Below, piece after piece: positions 97,973 through 109,959 of a stretch of 248,000 nt of DNA. The position numbers and the translations under genes are program-made. The number at the start of each line of letters is the position of its first letter. The stretch's first letter is position 1. Below the pieces are notes generated by a model. It made no database searches. It was not told the DNA's origin and saw only the letters and a program-made list of their open reading frames with translations. Source of the DNA: Wallemia ichthyophaga EXF-994 (taxonomy: Eukaryota; Fungi; Basidiomycota); contig NW_008806285.1 in the NCBI RefSeq assembly GCF_000400465.1, positions 20,001 to 268,000 of the forward strand, read 5' to 3'.

Positions 97973-99157
97973 CTATAGACCCCCGAATATTTCGCGAAGC
98001 TTTCCCATTAGTGCGCTGGCTTTTCCATGCGGTCTCCTCGGCGACTGTTCTGGCGGAGTGTGATGATGATGATGGTGCGGTGATGGCGTCACAGCAGCTT
98101 CTCTCGCGCGCTGAAGCTCACTATCAAGCAGCAGCAAGCCTCTGCGAGTAGATGGTGGTGCTATTGCGTTATATGATTTGATCGCACCGTTCACGCGATC
98201 CAACAAAATCATGTGATACGATTGCTGACGCTGTTCCCAATCTCTATCGCGGGGTACGTACGTGGGTGTATGCGTAGGAGCATGGTCGCTTTTGCAGTCA
98301 TTTGCTGTTATGCGCCCAGTATACCTCCATCTCTTTGTGTACTCCTCACGCAGATAATTTCTCAATGACGTCACCTCGCCCTCCATCAACATCTGTAACT
98401 CGACGAACGCAGGCACAGCGCCCTGTCTACTGATAAGTCTATTCATGAGGAACTCCTCGCGATCAATGAAGGGGTTTCCTTCCGACACGCTCCCGAGCGG
98501 TTCACCTTTTCCTGGAAGATTGTTAAACTGACCTTGCCGCTGAGCGCGTTGAATCTGCACCTCCACAAGCGACTGCCATCCCTCTAGAGACTGAGGGCGA
98601 GGGCGGAACTGCGATTGTTGGTGCTCGTTGTTCTGTATGTCGTCGAGACTGCCCGTCAACGAGTAATCAATTGCGCCATCCCGCGCATTGACCAGACGAC
98701 GCTGTCTGTCTTTGGATTTCTTTGTATCACGAATCAACGCCTTTGTCTTGGAGTCGGGGTTAAGGGATTGTAATTTCTGGCGCGCCTGCGACTGGAGATT
98801 GCGGGCTCTGTAGATAGACGGCTGTTTACTGCGTGAAGCATGGGAGGGTTGCACGAACTCAGCATCCCACGGCATGAAGTTGGGGTCTGAAGGGATCAGG
98901 TTGTCTGTGGGGGATAGTGGCTGCTGTACGGTTTTGAGCTTTGAATCACCATAATGATCCTTTCTGCCGTCTCTGAGAGGTTTACGGGAGTCGATTAGCA
99001 TACGGAGTGTTGTGTGGTGTGGATGCTCGTCGCCATCCCAAGCATCTTCGGAGTGATTCGTGGGCGATAGATGTTTAGGCTGATCATTAACCTCCTTTAA
99101 AGCATCCCTGAACAACCGCCGTTTAGATTTATCGAGAAGGCTGAGCGAGTTTCGCAT
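97973..99157 (-). CDS. DUF1992/DNAJC28-conserved domain protein
   Basis: LVEVQIQRAQRQGQFNNLPGKG..NPFIDREEFLMNR; IKSYNAIAP. Confidence 0.8.
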   Translation of the reverse strand: MRNSLSLLDKSKRRLFRDALKEVNDQPKHLSPTNHSEDAWDGDEHPHHTTLRMLIDSRKPLRDGRKDHYGDSKLKTVQQPLSPTDNLIPSDPNFMPWDAEFVQPSHASRSKQPSIYRARNLQSQARQKLQSLNPDSKTKALIRDTKKSKDRQRRLVNARDGAIDYSLTGSLDDIQNNEHQQSQFRPRPQSLEGWQSLVEVQIQRAQRQGQFNNLPGKGEPLGSVSEGNPFIDREEFLMNRLISRQGAVPAFVELQMLMEGEVTSLRNYLREEYTKRWRYTGRITANDCKSDHAPTHTPTYVPRDRDWEQRQQSYHMILLDRVNGAIKSYNAIAPPSTRRGLLLLDSELQRAREAAVTPSPHHHHHHTPPEQSPRRPHGKASALMGKLREIFGGL

Positions 99158-99268
99158 CTGAGTGAGTAATATAGCTGTTAGTGCGCTGCTATTCAAATAT
99201 TTTATAAAATAATCAAATTTATCCAAAGTATCCAGATTTCTGGAATTTATCTTTATCGGCTTCCTCAA

Positions 99269-100156
99269 ATGCCGTCATCACCTTTGCAAGTCGTCGGTGG
99301 ACACAAAGATACAATCGAACTAGACGAGGATGATATGCTGATAAAAACTACAAACCCAACTGAACTCGATTTCTACCAGTCTGTTAACATCGCTCACTCG
99401 ATCTACCACCACATTCCACACTTCTACGGCGCGTTGAAGCTCCACAGCGCACCCAACCCTCCCAGCGCTGAAGACGCGCCTAAAGAGGTGCGTCTGTTCC
99501 ACCTAAACACACACTCTCACTCCAATTCCAGGCTATTGTCCTCGAAAACCTCACAGATTACTTCAGCATACCCAACATATGCGATATCAAACTAGGCAAG
99601 GTGCTCTATGATGACCACGCCACCCCTGAGAAGCAGCAGCGCATGGAGCAGTCCTCCATCAACACCACCAGTCATGCCACTGGCATCCGCTTCACTGGCT
99701 TCAAGGTGCGTGTCTTCTCCCTGTCTTACCTCTCTAAAATCAAGACACTAGGTTTGGAATACTGCTAAGGAGGATTATGACGTCACCGATAAGGCGTACG
99801 GCAAATCTCTCACCCCTCAACAGCTCCCTGATGCTTTGAGGAGGTTCATACCCATACCACACTCCCTCACCATCAAACAACTCAAATTCGTCGTCTCCTC
99901 TATCCATTCTCAGCTCCTTTCTGTACGTGACGCCGTCTCTCTCATGCCCTTCCGCTCTATCAGCTCCTCTATCCTCATCGTTCATGAGGCCGACTCAGAC
100001 GACTTCCTCGAAGAACAGGCTGCCATGGTCAAACTCATTGACTTTGCTCATACCAGACTGACAGACGCTGACACGCCCGATATGAATATATTGGCTGGTA
100101 TCGACACATTGATTGACCTAGTGTACAATTATAAAGAATACATTAATCAGTTGTAG
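99269..100156 (+). CDS. Inositol polyphosphate kinase (IPK family)
   Basis: QVVGGH, P.ICDIKLG across intron, SSSILIVHE, KLIDFAH. Confidence 0.88.
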
Positions 100157-100499
100157 ACTATCTTGGTATTTGGTATATTATTGTCTCGCTCTTGCTCTCG
100201 GCGCCTTGTTTTCATCGTTAGTTTCTCTCGTCTCACTAGTTTCGGTTATGTGCAGCTTCTCAGCCAGGCCTCTGATTTTGATTGATGCGCTTCTCTTGCG
100301 CTCTCTGTGATTTTTGGAGATACTGCCATACCTCTCCAATCCCCACAGCATCACTTCACTCTTCCCCACCTTGACTTTATCGAGATTGAGGCCCTGTTTT
100401 TCCATCTCATTGAGAAAAATTTTGAAGTGATTCTGTGAAGCAATGTGTGTTAATTTGGTTTATTTAAGCACTCGCCCACTCGCAACTCACTATGGAAGA

Positions 100500-102040
100500 T
100501 CTGTAATGTCCACTCAGCGGACTAAGCGCTGAAATTTGACCATTTCGCACCCTAATCAACCCCGCACTTGAGACAAGGCCGCCAGAGAGGAAGGACGAGT
100601 GCTGAAAAGTCCCTGTCGATTTGATCCCAACAAACATATTATCTGGGAGGTTGCCGGCTGGTTAGATGGTCCATGGCGCATTCTAACACCCACACTGCAT
100701 ATCAGACACCTGCGCAGTTCACGTCAGACATGATCCACTCTCAAACACACTCATCTTCACTTACATATATCCACGTATTCTTTCCGACAGTTTTACGCAG
100801 AAGCCTATCCATGATACCACGCGCTGTGTATTTATGGTGAGTTTTGTCATCCTTCTTGTCATCTAAATCAATCATGTCATGGGCGTGTTCATATGCATCG
100901 TCGCGCTCTCTCTGCGCAATCTCATCATCATCATCAGAGCTGGAGGGGGAGTCAAACGATGTCCACACGGAGCTATCTTCGCTGATAGACGACCTGTTAT
101001 CTTGTGCATGCTGCTGATACTGTTCACACTGCCCACCCTCGAAGCCTTCCTGAAGTGGTATTATCCCAGACCCATCTCCAGAATCCTGCCATCTGTCCGG
101101 AGCTGTATCCACCGCTTCACCATTTTTTGCCCAGTGCAGCAGACCTGTCAAAGGATTAGGCACTACGAGGTAGCTGTTATGTGTTAAATCGCGTTCAAAA
101201 CCACTCTAAACCCACTTCAGGCGCTGTTCAGCAGAGCAGTAAAAGATCTGCTCTTTGTCCAATCGCTCACGCGGGCATTCATCGAGATCGAGGTGGGTGC
101301 CCTCACCGTAATCGAGCCTGAGACCAGGTGAAAACGTTAGCATCAAGCACCGTCCGCCAAAAGGCACGCAACTCACCACCGGAAAAAGTTATCAGATGTA
101401 CCTGAAACCGACCATAATTTATGGTAGCATTTTAAATTAACACCATAACGATGTTTTGTGTCAATCATTTCGAGCCAGTGCTGCTCTTCTAGTCGCTTTG
101501 ATTGTTTTTCCTGTAATGCCTGCGTGGGTTTCTGGTCAGGACCTACGCGTCCCTGCAGGCGTCTTTCCACATCCCTCTTCTTGGATTTGGCTTTAGAAAT
101601 GAATTTAAGATTTAGGACCTTCTCAGCCGCTCCTTCTTTACCGCCGTTCTCTTCTTTCTTCGTAAGCATCTCTTGCACTTTCGCAGAGACTTGTTTTGGG
101701 TCTTGATCTTGGTCTTGGTATTGGTCTCTCGAGGACAGGCCATCGTGCAGGCGCGACGCGAAGAATCCAGCTCTTTGGAAACGTTCTGTCGCGCTGTTGC
101801 GCCGTGCACTCGTCTGGCTCAGCACTGCCTCCTTCATTTTGAGATCTGCAACGGGCGATAAGCTGTGCTGATACAGAGAGCAACATGCAATGTGCTTACC
101901 GGTTAAAATTTCTAAGAATGCGTCAGATACACCACACACAAAATTCCTCACCTACCTGACCATCTCGTTGCTGCTGCCAATCGCTGCTGCTGCACTTGGA
102001 TCCTATCAAGGCGACCCCTGAAAACAGCCTATAGTTGCGC
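100500..102040 (-). CDS. IQ calmodulin-binding motif protein (IQM-like); ends approximate
   Basis: AAIKIQ..YSKRNYR IQ motif; QHWLEMIDTKHRYG.NL..YH..W..FFRW. Confidence 0.78.
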
Positions 102041-102182
102041 TTAGAGTATCTCGAGACCCTGCTTGTGACCCCACCTGTATCTTAATCGCCGCTTGTTCTG
102101 CTTTCTCGTCGTTCATTTCTCCTACCTCGCTGCGGCTGCGTGAGAGTTTAATTATAGATACATGCTTTTATGTACAAAAATC

Positions 102183-103653
102183 CTAGATAAAATCTATAAA
102201 AGTACGCGTGGGATCACTCTCGTCGTGTGGTATGTACTTGGGGAACTGCACTTGCTTTGTCAGACACTCAGTTTTCTTGGCATCCACCACACTTACCCAG
102301 TGATTAGCAGCCACGTTCGGCGACACTAGCTGCTGGGGAATCTTGAGACCACCGGGCTGTGATATAGCGGCTGTCAGAGACGTGGGCGACAGCTGCCCGT
102401 TGTTCTCGCTTTTCGCCGGCTTAGAGCAGCAGCTGGGAGGAGCGTCAACCTTTGGTATGTCCAATTTGAGACTATTTGATTGAGTTGGTAGCGTGAGTGT
102501 ATTCGTACTTGCACTTGCACTTGCACTCGAGCTCGGATTACCATTCGCCTCTGCTTCGCAATTGCACGACGTGCAGCAACCGCAGCAGCTCTCCTCACAC
102601 CTGCATTCCACGCCCAAAGCCTGGCACTGGCAGCTCCCGCCACAGCATTCAGTCTCTAAGGGAGGTAGTCTCGTTATGCCCCTGTTGCGTGGATCGTAGA
102701 GCTGCTGCCAGCTCTGCAGCCCAAGTGTTCCGCCATCTACATAGCTATCGATATTGCTGCTAATACCTTGCGGCGGAAAAGGAACTAAAGAGCTAGCCTT
102801 CTGTAGAAACTCCTCCAAATTGCCGCACTCTGACTTCTTGAGCAGCTCGTGCACGTTGATCTCGTCACACCCACACGTAGCGCTCTCTTCCGGAGTATAG
102901 TTTGGTGCTTCTGCTTGGGTTTCGGTCTGTGCAGGCAGAGGAGGGTTTCTGTGAGTGAGACAGCCGGGACATGCACACGAAGGCCCACACGAGCAATGCC
103001 CAATGACGTCGGCGATAGACGGCAGCATATTAGTTACGAATGCGCGCTTCTTTTCGGAGCAGTTGCAGCGGCCGCCTACTTTGCATCTGCAGGGATTCAT
103101 CAGGCGCTCGAGTGAAATCATGCTTGGCTCGCCCTCTTTCTGTGCTTGTGGGGGGAGAAGGCTGGAGTAAGCGTCTTTCAAGCCATTAGGGTAGTGTGCT
103201 TGAGGGGGCAAGGGAGCTCTCTCGCCTTTTTTTAGTTTGCGCGGTGGTGGGCCATCCTTGCCATTACCGTTACAATTGCTCTTAGGCGCAGGTTCTTGCC
103301 GGTCCTGGCAAACGCATTTGGAGCTGCTCTGGGGAGTGTAAGGATGGTAATATCTTAGTATCCTTATCACCACGACTCACATTGCCATCCTTGCGCTGAT
103401 CCTTGCATTTGGTACACTGCGCCGGCGGTCTGCCCTTTCTCTTCACTTCAAAAAGCGGGCGATCGTCATGGGCGCACGAGGAGGATCTGTGGCCTGGTGA
103501 ACGTTAGTATGGCTGCGCTGGGCCGCTCAACTAACCCTTTATACAAGTCGCGCTGCGAAGTGTTAGCAGATAAAGACGAGGAATTTACAGACAAACCACG
103601 CCAATTTAACGCCATTTATGAAAGGCTTTGGGAAGTTAGTGAGGATACGTCGC
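102183..103653 (-). CDS. Copper-fist transcription factor (Ace1/Cup2/Mac1 family)
   Basis: Micro-exons rebuild M-PFINGVKLA..TCIKGHRSSSCAHDDRPLFEVKRKGRP; Cys-rich C-terminal clusters. Confidence 0.85.
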
Positions 103654-104056
103654 TTGCTGATATCACTCACCATCCCTGCCTATCTCAGTTTGATGTGATG
103701 ATGTGAGCGAAGAAAGAGTCAAGGCTGGATAGTATTTTGTTTATTCGCACGGCTAGCAAAGGGAATTCGAATAGCAGCTACAACAGTCTAGCGGATGTTG
103801 AAATCCATTACCCGATTACAGCCGCGAGATGGCTTTGGTATTTGAAGTGTATGCGTAGTAATAAGGGTTTTAGTCTTAATTAGACATATCTGCACTCTCT
103901 TAATCCGAACAGTCTAAAGCTCTCAAGAATTGATCATCCATCACGACGAAAATCTTCATTCCACCTCAAAAAATAAAGAAATTAAGTTATTGTTCATTGT
104001 TTCACTAATTAGATCCCCAAAAGGGAGAATACAAGGGTTAATAAGTAGTGATCGCC

Positions 104057-104432
104057 TTAGATGACAGAGATTGGAGTACAGCCCTTGAGAGTGTGTTAGA
104101 CAGTATGTTAGATCGAAGAAGCGAGTACACACCAAGTTGGCAAGTCCATTTTGGGTTTGACCGCTGCAGCAAGCAGAGGTGGTCTTACATTGGTTAGAGA
104201 TTGGTACACCAACGACGGCCGCGACTTGGTCACATTGCAATCCAACTTGGCCAGCCAATTCGTCGATACCGAGCAACTCGAGGGTAGCGGTGTCGATGGA
104301 TGAGGCATCCTTGACTTGGTTACAGCACTTGACGTTGCTGGTTGAGCAGTCGCCTGCTCTCATTTGAAGGTTCGATGCAAGGGATGCTGAGAAGAAAGCA
104401 GTGGCAGTGAGGGCGATGGTTGAGAATTGCAT
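104057..104432 (-). CDS. Class I hydrophobin
   Basis: Signal peptide MQFSTIALT; 8-Cys pattern C-CC-C-C-CC-C (CSTSNVKCC..QCDQ..CKTTSACC..GCTP); one intron. Confidence 0.92.
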
Positions 104433-104946
104433 TGTTGAAGACTTGAGTGTTATGAGTTGAAGAACTGGGATGATAATGGCACGGTATTTATACTCTCGCA
104501 GGTAAATTGAATTAATTTGTGACAATGTTTCGGCGAACTCGAACATTAGAACCTCGACTCGAATAGGAAAGTGAGACAGGAAGTATATTAAATTTGGTTC
104601 CATACGCGGTTAGCTACACTTAAGTAGTTAAATTGGGTCACAAACACGCCTAATGATGCTTACTTGATTCGCCGCTTTAAAATTGCATAAACACGTAAAT
104701 CGCAACAATGAGGAGGAGATGGCGTATGTATTGGGGTGCTACCGAACCATACAAAGTACAGACAGTGCTTCGATACTCAAAGTTAGATCAAATCGATTGC
104801 GTCAGAGGTGCTCGCACACAAGCCAACTCCCAGCGCTCACAAAGCCTCAAAACACTGTGACTTGCCAGTCTATTCACACCAAACACTTCGAGGCCCCTGT
104901 AATATAGCGACGTTGACCAAACCACATCCCAATTTAGCGACGTGAA

Positions 104947-106712
104947 ATGAGACACAGACCTGTAGAAATGCATATGTGGACAATTTTACAAACCACTCCA
105001 CACCAACTGCACACGTGATGACAACGCCTGCTCGCTCTTAACTACCGTTAAGCGATGATGCTCGCTAAAGTGCCCTTGTCGAGCAGGCGACTATACACTC
105101 CGTTGAGCATTACGACGAGACTAATACACACTTCAAAAATGACAAGTGCTCCTGTGAGTTGACTGTGCGCTACAGTCTCCGCCGCGCTGACGCCATCACA
105201 GCAACTCAGCAACGCATCACTCTGGCAAACCAAGGGATTCATAAATAACCAATGGGTCGACAGCGAAAATGGCGCTACGTTCCAAGTCACTGATCCTGGC
105301 AACGGCAACAACCTCGGCTCTGTTCCAGAGATGGGTGTCGCCGAGACACGTAGAGCCATCGATGCCGCCGGCGAGGCGTACAAGACCTTCTCCAAGACTA
105401 CGGCCAAATCCAGACAAGATCTTCTCAACAGAATCTTCGCACTTATCAGTCAGAATGCCGACGATTTGGCCAAGATTGTCACCGTTGAGAACGGTAAACC
105501 ACTAGCAGATGCCAAGGTGAGTTTGGAGTGTGTGTATGTGTGCATATCGATTTAAACTCACACGCAATCCAGGGCGAAGTCGGATATGGTAACAGCTTCT
105601 TTGAGTGGTTCGCAGGCGAAGCAGTGAGGACATACGGCGATGTAGTCCCAGCAGCCAATCCAGACCTTCGCAATATCGTTATAAAGCAACCTATCGGTGT
105701 TTGTGGCATCCTCACTCCCTGGAACTTCCCAGTCGCGATGATAACGCGCAAATTAGCACCAGCAATCGCTGCAGGTTGCACAGCTGTGATTAAAACACCA
105801 GCAGAGACTCCATACTCTGCCCTGGCTATCGCACACCTCTGTAAAGAAGCAGGTGTGCCAGCCGGTGTAGTTAACGTCATTACGACCGACAAGAATGTCG
105901 CTCAAGTCGGCAAGGAGATTTGCGAGAACGGAATCGTCAAGAAAGTGTCCTTCACAGGCTCTACACGTGTCGGTAAAATTCTCATGCAACAATCGAGCAA
106001 CACGCTGAAGAAGCTGTCATTCGAACTCGGCGGAAATGCGCCTTTCATCGTTTTCGATGATGCTGATATAGATGCCGCTGTTGCTGGTGCACTTGCATGT
106101 AAATTCAGATCATCTGGTCAGACATGCGTCTGTGCGAACAGAATCTACGTACAGTCAGCTGTTTACGCCGAATTCGCCTCTCGTCTCGCTGAGAAAGTTG
106201 ATCAGTTCAAACTCGGTTATGGACTCGACGAGGGTACGACACATGGTCCACTCATCGCTGAGAGAGCCCTTGACAAGGTGCAGGAGCATGTTGATGACGC
106301 CGTCAAGCGCGGTGCAGAGGTGCTCAGCGGTGGTAAGAAACTCGGTGGCAATTATTTCGCCCCTACCGTCCTCGCTAATGTCCCATCTGACGCTCTGGTC
106401 AACTGCGACGAGACTTTCGGCCCCCTTGCTGCACTTACCAAATTCGACACAGAAGAACAAGTCGTCAAGCTGGCTAATGATGTAAACGTCGGTTTGGCTG
106501 GATACATGTATTCGCGCGATATCGGTCGCGTATGGCGCGTGTCGGAGGCACTCGAAGTGGGCATGATCGGTGCTAACGCTCCTATTCTCTCACAAGCATG
106601 CATTCCATTCGGTGGCCAGAAGGAGAGTGGTTTCGGTAGAGAAGGTGGTAAGCAGGGCATAGAGGAGTATCAAACTACCAAGTTGATTGCTATGGGCGGT
106701 GTCACTGTGTAA
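104947..106712 (+). CDS. UGA2: Succinate-semialdehyde dehydrogenase
   Basis: TPWNFP, FTGSTRVG, ELGGNAP, SGQTCVC, ETFGP, PFGGQKESGFGREG. Confidence 0.92.
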
Positions 106713-106891
106713 TTTGGACTGTATAGTATATTCAACGAATGAATGTCTTTTGATAGCATAATGAAGCATGTTATTCCGTTTTATTCTGGTGGATATGCGT
106801 CTGCATTGGTACAGACTGACCTGCTGAGTGTCTGATCGAAGTACGGCCTGCACAAGTGCATCAGAGTGTGTAAAGCAGCATATGTGCATAC

Positions 106892-107791
106892 TTACCCCAC
106901 GTGCGCTTCTTTGGAGCGTTGGAAGATGTTAAACTTATCAGTGCATCTGTCGTCCTCGCGCCCGATGCAGTGTGCAGCAGGTGTAGGTATATCATTTTCG
107001 TCTTGCTTGGGTATGTAGACCTCCCCTGCGTAATGCTTGTATGGCCAACCAGGGAGGTGAGGTACTTTATCATTCTGGTTTGTAACACGTGCCCTCTTAT
107101 CCAGTGGTATAGTCTTTTCCAACAATCCAGCAAACTGCTCATTGCCCACGCGAGGACTACCGAAAGTGGTCAGACGCAGATCATACCCTCGATCTTTGAC
107201 GATGCTGCTAAGGGCGACAGCTTCAATAGCCGCGCTAGCAGCACCCATGGAATGGCCTTCGAACCGCACCACACTAATCTTATCACCAAGCCTATCCATC
107301 GCTGCTATCAGTCTCTTCTTCAATTCCTCGTATGTCTTATTAACTGAGCGCAGAAACCCAGAGTGCACAGAAATTCCAGCAGAGCTGTTTACGCCCATAT
107401 CATCTAAAAGGACAGCGTCTATTGCCGTCAGGAAGAAATTAGCGTCGATAAGCACGCTAAGGAAGCTTGAGAAATTGGTGGGGGAGTGTGCTACAACCAA
107501 AGCGTTTTCTGAGTGGACATGCATCAGATATATCCACGGGTCGCGCTCGCCGTCTCCATCCGAGTAGAGAATCTCCGCACCGGCGTCACTGAGCTTGTCG
107601 CATGCAGGGCCACAGTCAAAGGCAGTCACAGCACGACTTCCACAGGACACAGCACCCGATACGACCGCTGAGGAGATGTAGCGGGCAGCTTGCTCGTCTG
107701 TTACGGGAGAGAGCTCTTGCTGACGGGCGATGAGCGCGGGAACAGCAGCAGCCCAAGCGCAGAGAGCGAGTAATAGAAGTACCAGCCTCAT
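106892..107791 (-). CDS. Secreted class 3 lipase
   Basis: Signal peptide; VHSGF; GHSMG; TFGSPRVGN; DKVPHLP. Confidence 0.92.
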   Translation of the reverse strand: MRLVLLLLALCAWAAAVPALIARQQELSPVTDEQAARYISSAVVSGAVSCGSRAVTAFDCGPACDKLSDAGAEILYSDGDGERDPWIYLMHVHSENALVVAHSPTNFSSFLSVLIDANFFLTAIDAVLLDDMGVNSSAGISVHSGFLRSVNKTYEELKKRLIAAMDRLGDKISVVRFEGHSMGAASAAIEAVALSSIVKDRGYDLRLTTFGSPRVGNEQFAGLLEKTIPLDKRARVTNQNDKVPHLPGWPYKHYAGEVYIPKQDENDIPTPAAHCIGREDDRCTDKFNIFQRSKEAHVG

Positions 107792-108056
107792 ACAGGAAGT
107801 TTAGGTTTTGATTAAAGAGCTTTGATTTAGTCTAGATAAGCCGGTCTGCATGCCTAAGTGCATTCTTCGCAGCATAGGACACTAGCGGAAGAGGAAGCGG
107901 GATATGTACAGAATGGCTACAAGTACAACACACACAAAAAGATACAGCGATTTATGAAATCACGTTATGTCATTTGCTCAATTTTAACTTTGGTCTGAGG
108001 AGCAACTAAAATTTCTTCCCACTCGAACGTCAACGTCCAGTCAAACGATAACTAAA

Positions 108057-109959
108057 ATGGCTCCACTGTCAGCATCAAAGGCTAAGAGACAGCAAGATAA
108101 GGAGGCTAAGGCTGCCGCCAAAGGACAATCCACCACCAAGTCCTCAAAGTCTGGCACTGATTCTACTGGGATTACTGATGGTAGCGATGTAAAGAAGCTC
108201 TCCGTAGCTGCTGATAGGTCGGTCTGGAATGCTTAGCCACTCTCCGTCTAACACCTTCCACAGATCCACTGCTGGTGTTCTCGTTTCTGATCCAAAGGGA
108301 CGTGACGTTAAGCTTGATGGTTTCACTCTCTCTTTCCACGGACGTCTTCTCATTGAATCCGCTGAAGTTTCCCTCAACTACGGTCAACGTTATGGTCTTC
108401 TTGGTGAAAACGGCTCCGGTAAAACTACCTTCCTGGAAGCATTGGCAGAGCGTGATATCGAAATCCCTGAGCACATTGATATTCACTTGGTAGCAGGTGA
108501 GGCTGACCCTAGTGATGTTAACGCTATGGACTTCATTATCGCATCCGCAAAGGAGAAGGTCGCACGTCTTGAGCAACAGATCGAAGATATGTCCACTGAG
108601 GACAATGTCGATGAATTGGCTTTGGAGTCAAAGATGGAGGAACTTGATGAACTTGACCCATCAACTTTCGAAGCTAGAGCTGGTCTCATTCTTACCGGTC
108701 TTGGTTTCTCTCTTCAAATGATGAACAAACCAACCAAGGATATGTCTGGTGGTTGGAGAATGCGTGTTACTCTCGCCCGTGCTCTTTTCATCAAACCTCA
108801 CTTACTCTTGCTCGATGAGCCAACTAACCACTTGGATTTGGAAGCCGTCGTTTGGCTTGAAGCTTATCTCTCTACTTACAACCACATTCTTGTCATCACT
108901 TCTCACTCTGCTGATTTCATGGACAGTGTCTGTACCAACATCATGGATCTCACCAACAAGCGTAAACTCCAATACTACGGTGGTAACTACTCCATCTACT
109001 GCCGTACCAAGGCTGAAAATGAAACAAACCAAATGAAAGCATACGCTAAGCAGCAAGAAGAAATTCAGCACATTAAGAAGTTCATTGCTTCTGCTGGTAC
109101 TTATGCTAACTTGGTTAGACAAGCTAAGTCTAAGCAAAAGATTATCGATAAGATGGAGGCTGCTGGTTTAATTGAACCTGTCTCTCAAGCAAGACCATTG
109201 AGATTCAACTTTGAAGACATTAGAAAATTACCACCACCAATTATTGCATTCAATGATGTCGCATTCTCTTACTCTGGTAAACCTGAAGACTACCTCTACA
109301 AAGATCTCTCATTCGGTATTGATATGGACTCACGTATCGCTATCGTTGGTCAGAATGGTACTGGTAAATCTACTCTTTTAAACCTCATCACTGGTCACCT
109401 CCAATCTGTCGATGGTACCGTGTCAAGACACGCAGGTTTGAAGCTTGGTAAATACTCTCAACACTCTGCTGATCAACTTCCATACGACAAGACTCCTGTT
109501 GAACACTTGGAGGCATCTTACAAGGAGAAATTCCCTAACAAAGATTATCAATTCTGGCGTTCTCAGCTTGGTAGATTCGGTATTTCAGGTGCACACCAAA
109601 CAGCTCCAATTGCTCACTTGTCTGATGGTTTGAGAAACCGTGTCGTTTTCTCCATGTTGGCTATGGATCAACCTCACATTCTTCTCCTCGATGAGCCTAC
109701 TAACCACTTGGATATGGAATCTATCGATGCTCTTGCACTTGCAGTCAAGGAATTTGAAGGTGGTGTAGTTATTGTCTCTCACGACTTCAGATTGATTTCT
109801 CAAGTCGCTGAAGAATTATGGGAAGTTAAGGATCGCAAGATCTACAACCTTTCTAAGTCCGAAATTGACATTCAACAATACAAGTCTATGCTTCAAAAGA
109901 AATCTGAAGTTTCACTTGAGAAGGCTAAGCTTGGTGGTGCAGGTAAAACCAAGGCTTAG
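108057..109959 (+). CDS. ARB1: ABC-F protein (Arb1/ABCF2)
   Basis: Two ABC cassettes (GENGSGKT, GQNGTGKS, SGGWRMR, LLDEPTNHLD x2); no TM segments. Confidence 0.95.

Noticed and set aside
97973-99269. Apparent zero-bp spacer between the DUF1992 ORF and IPK
   Set aside because: The ORF track extends to an upstream TTG; the likely ATG is about 110 bp further in.
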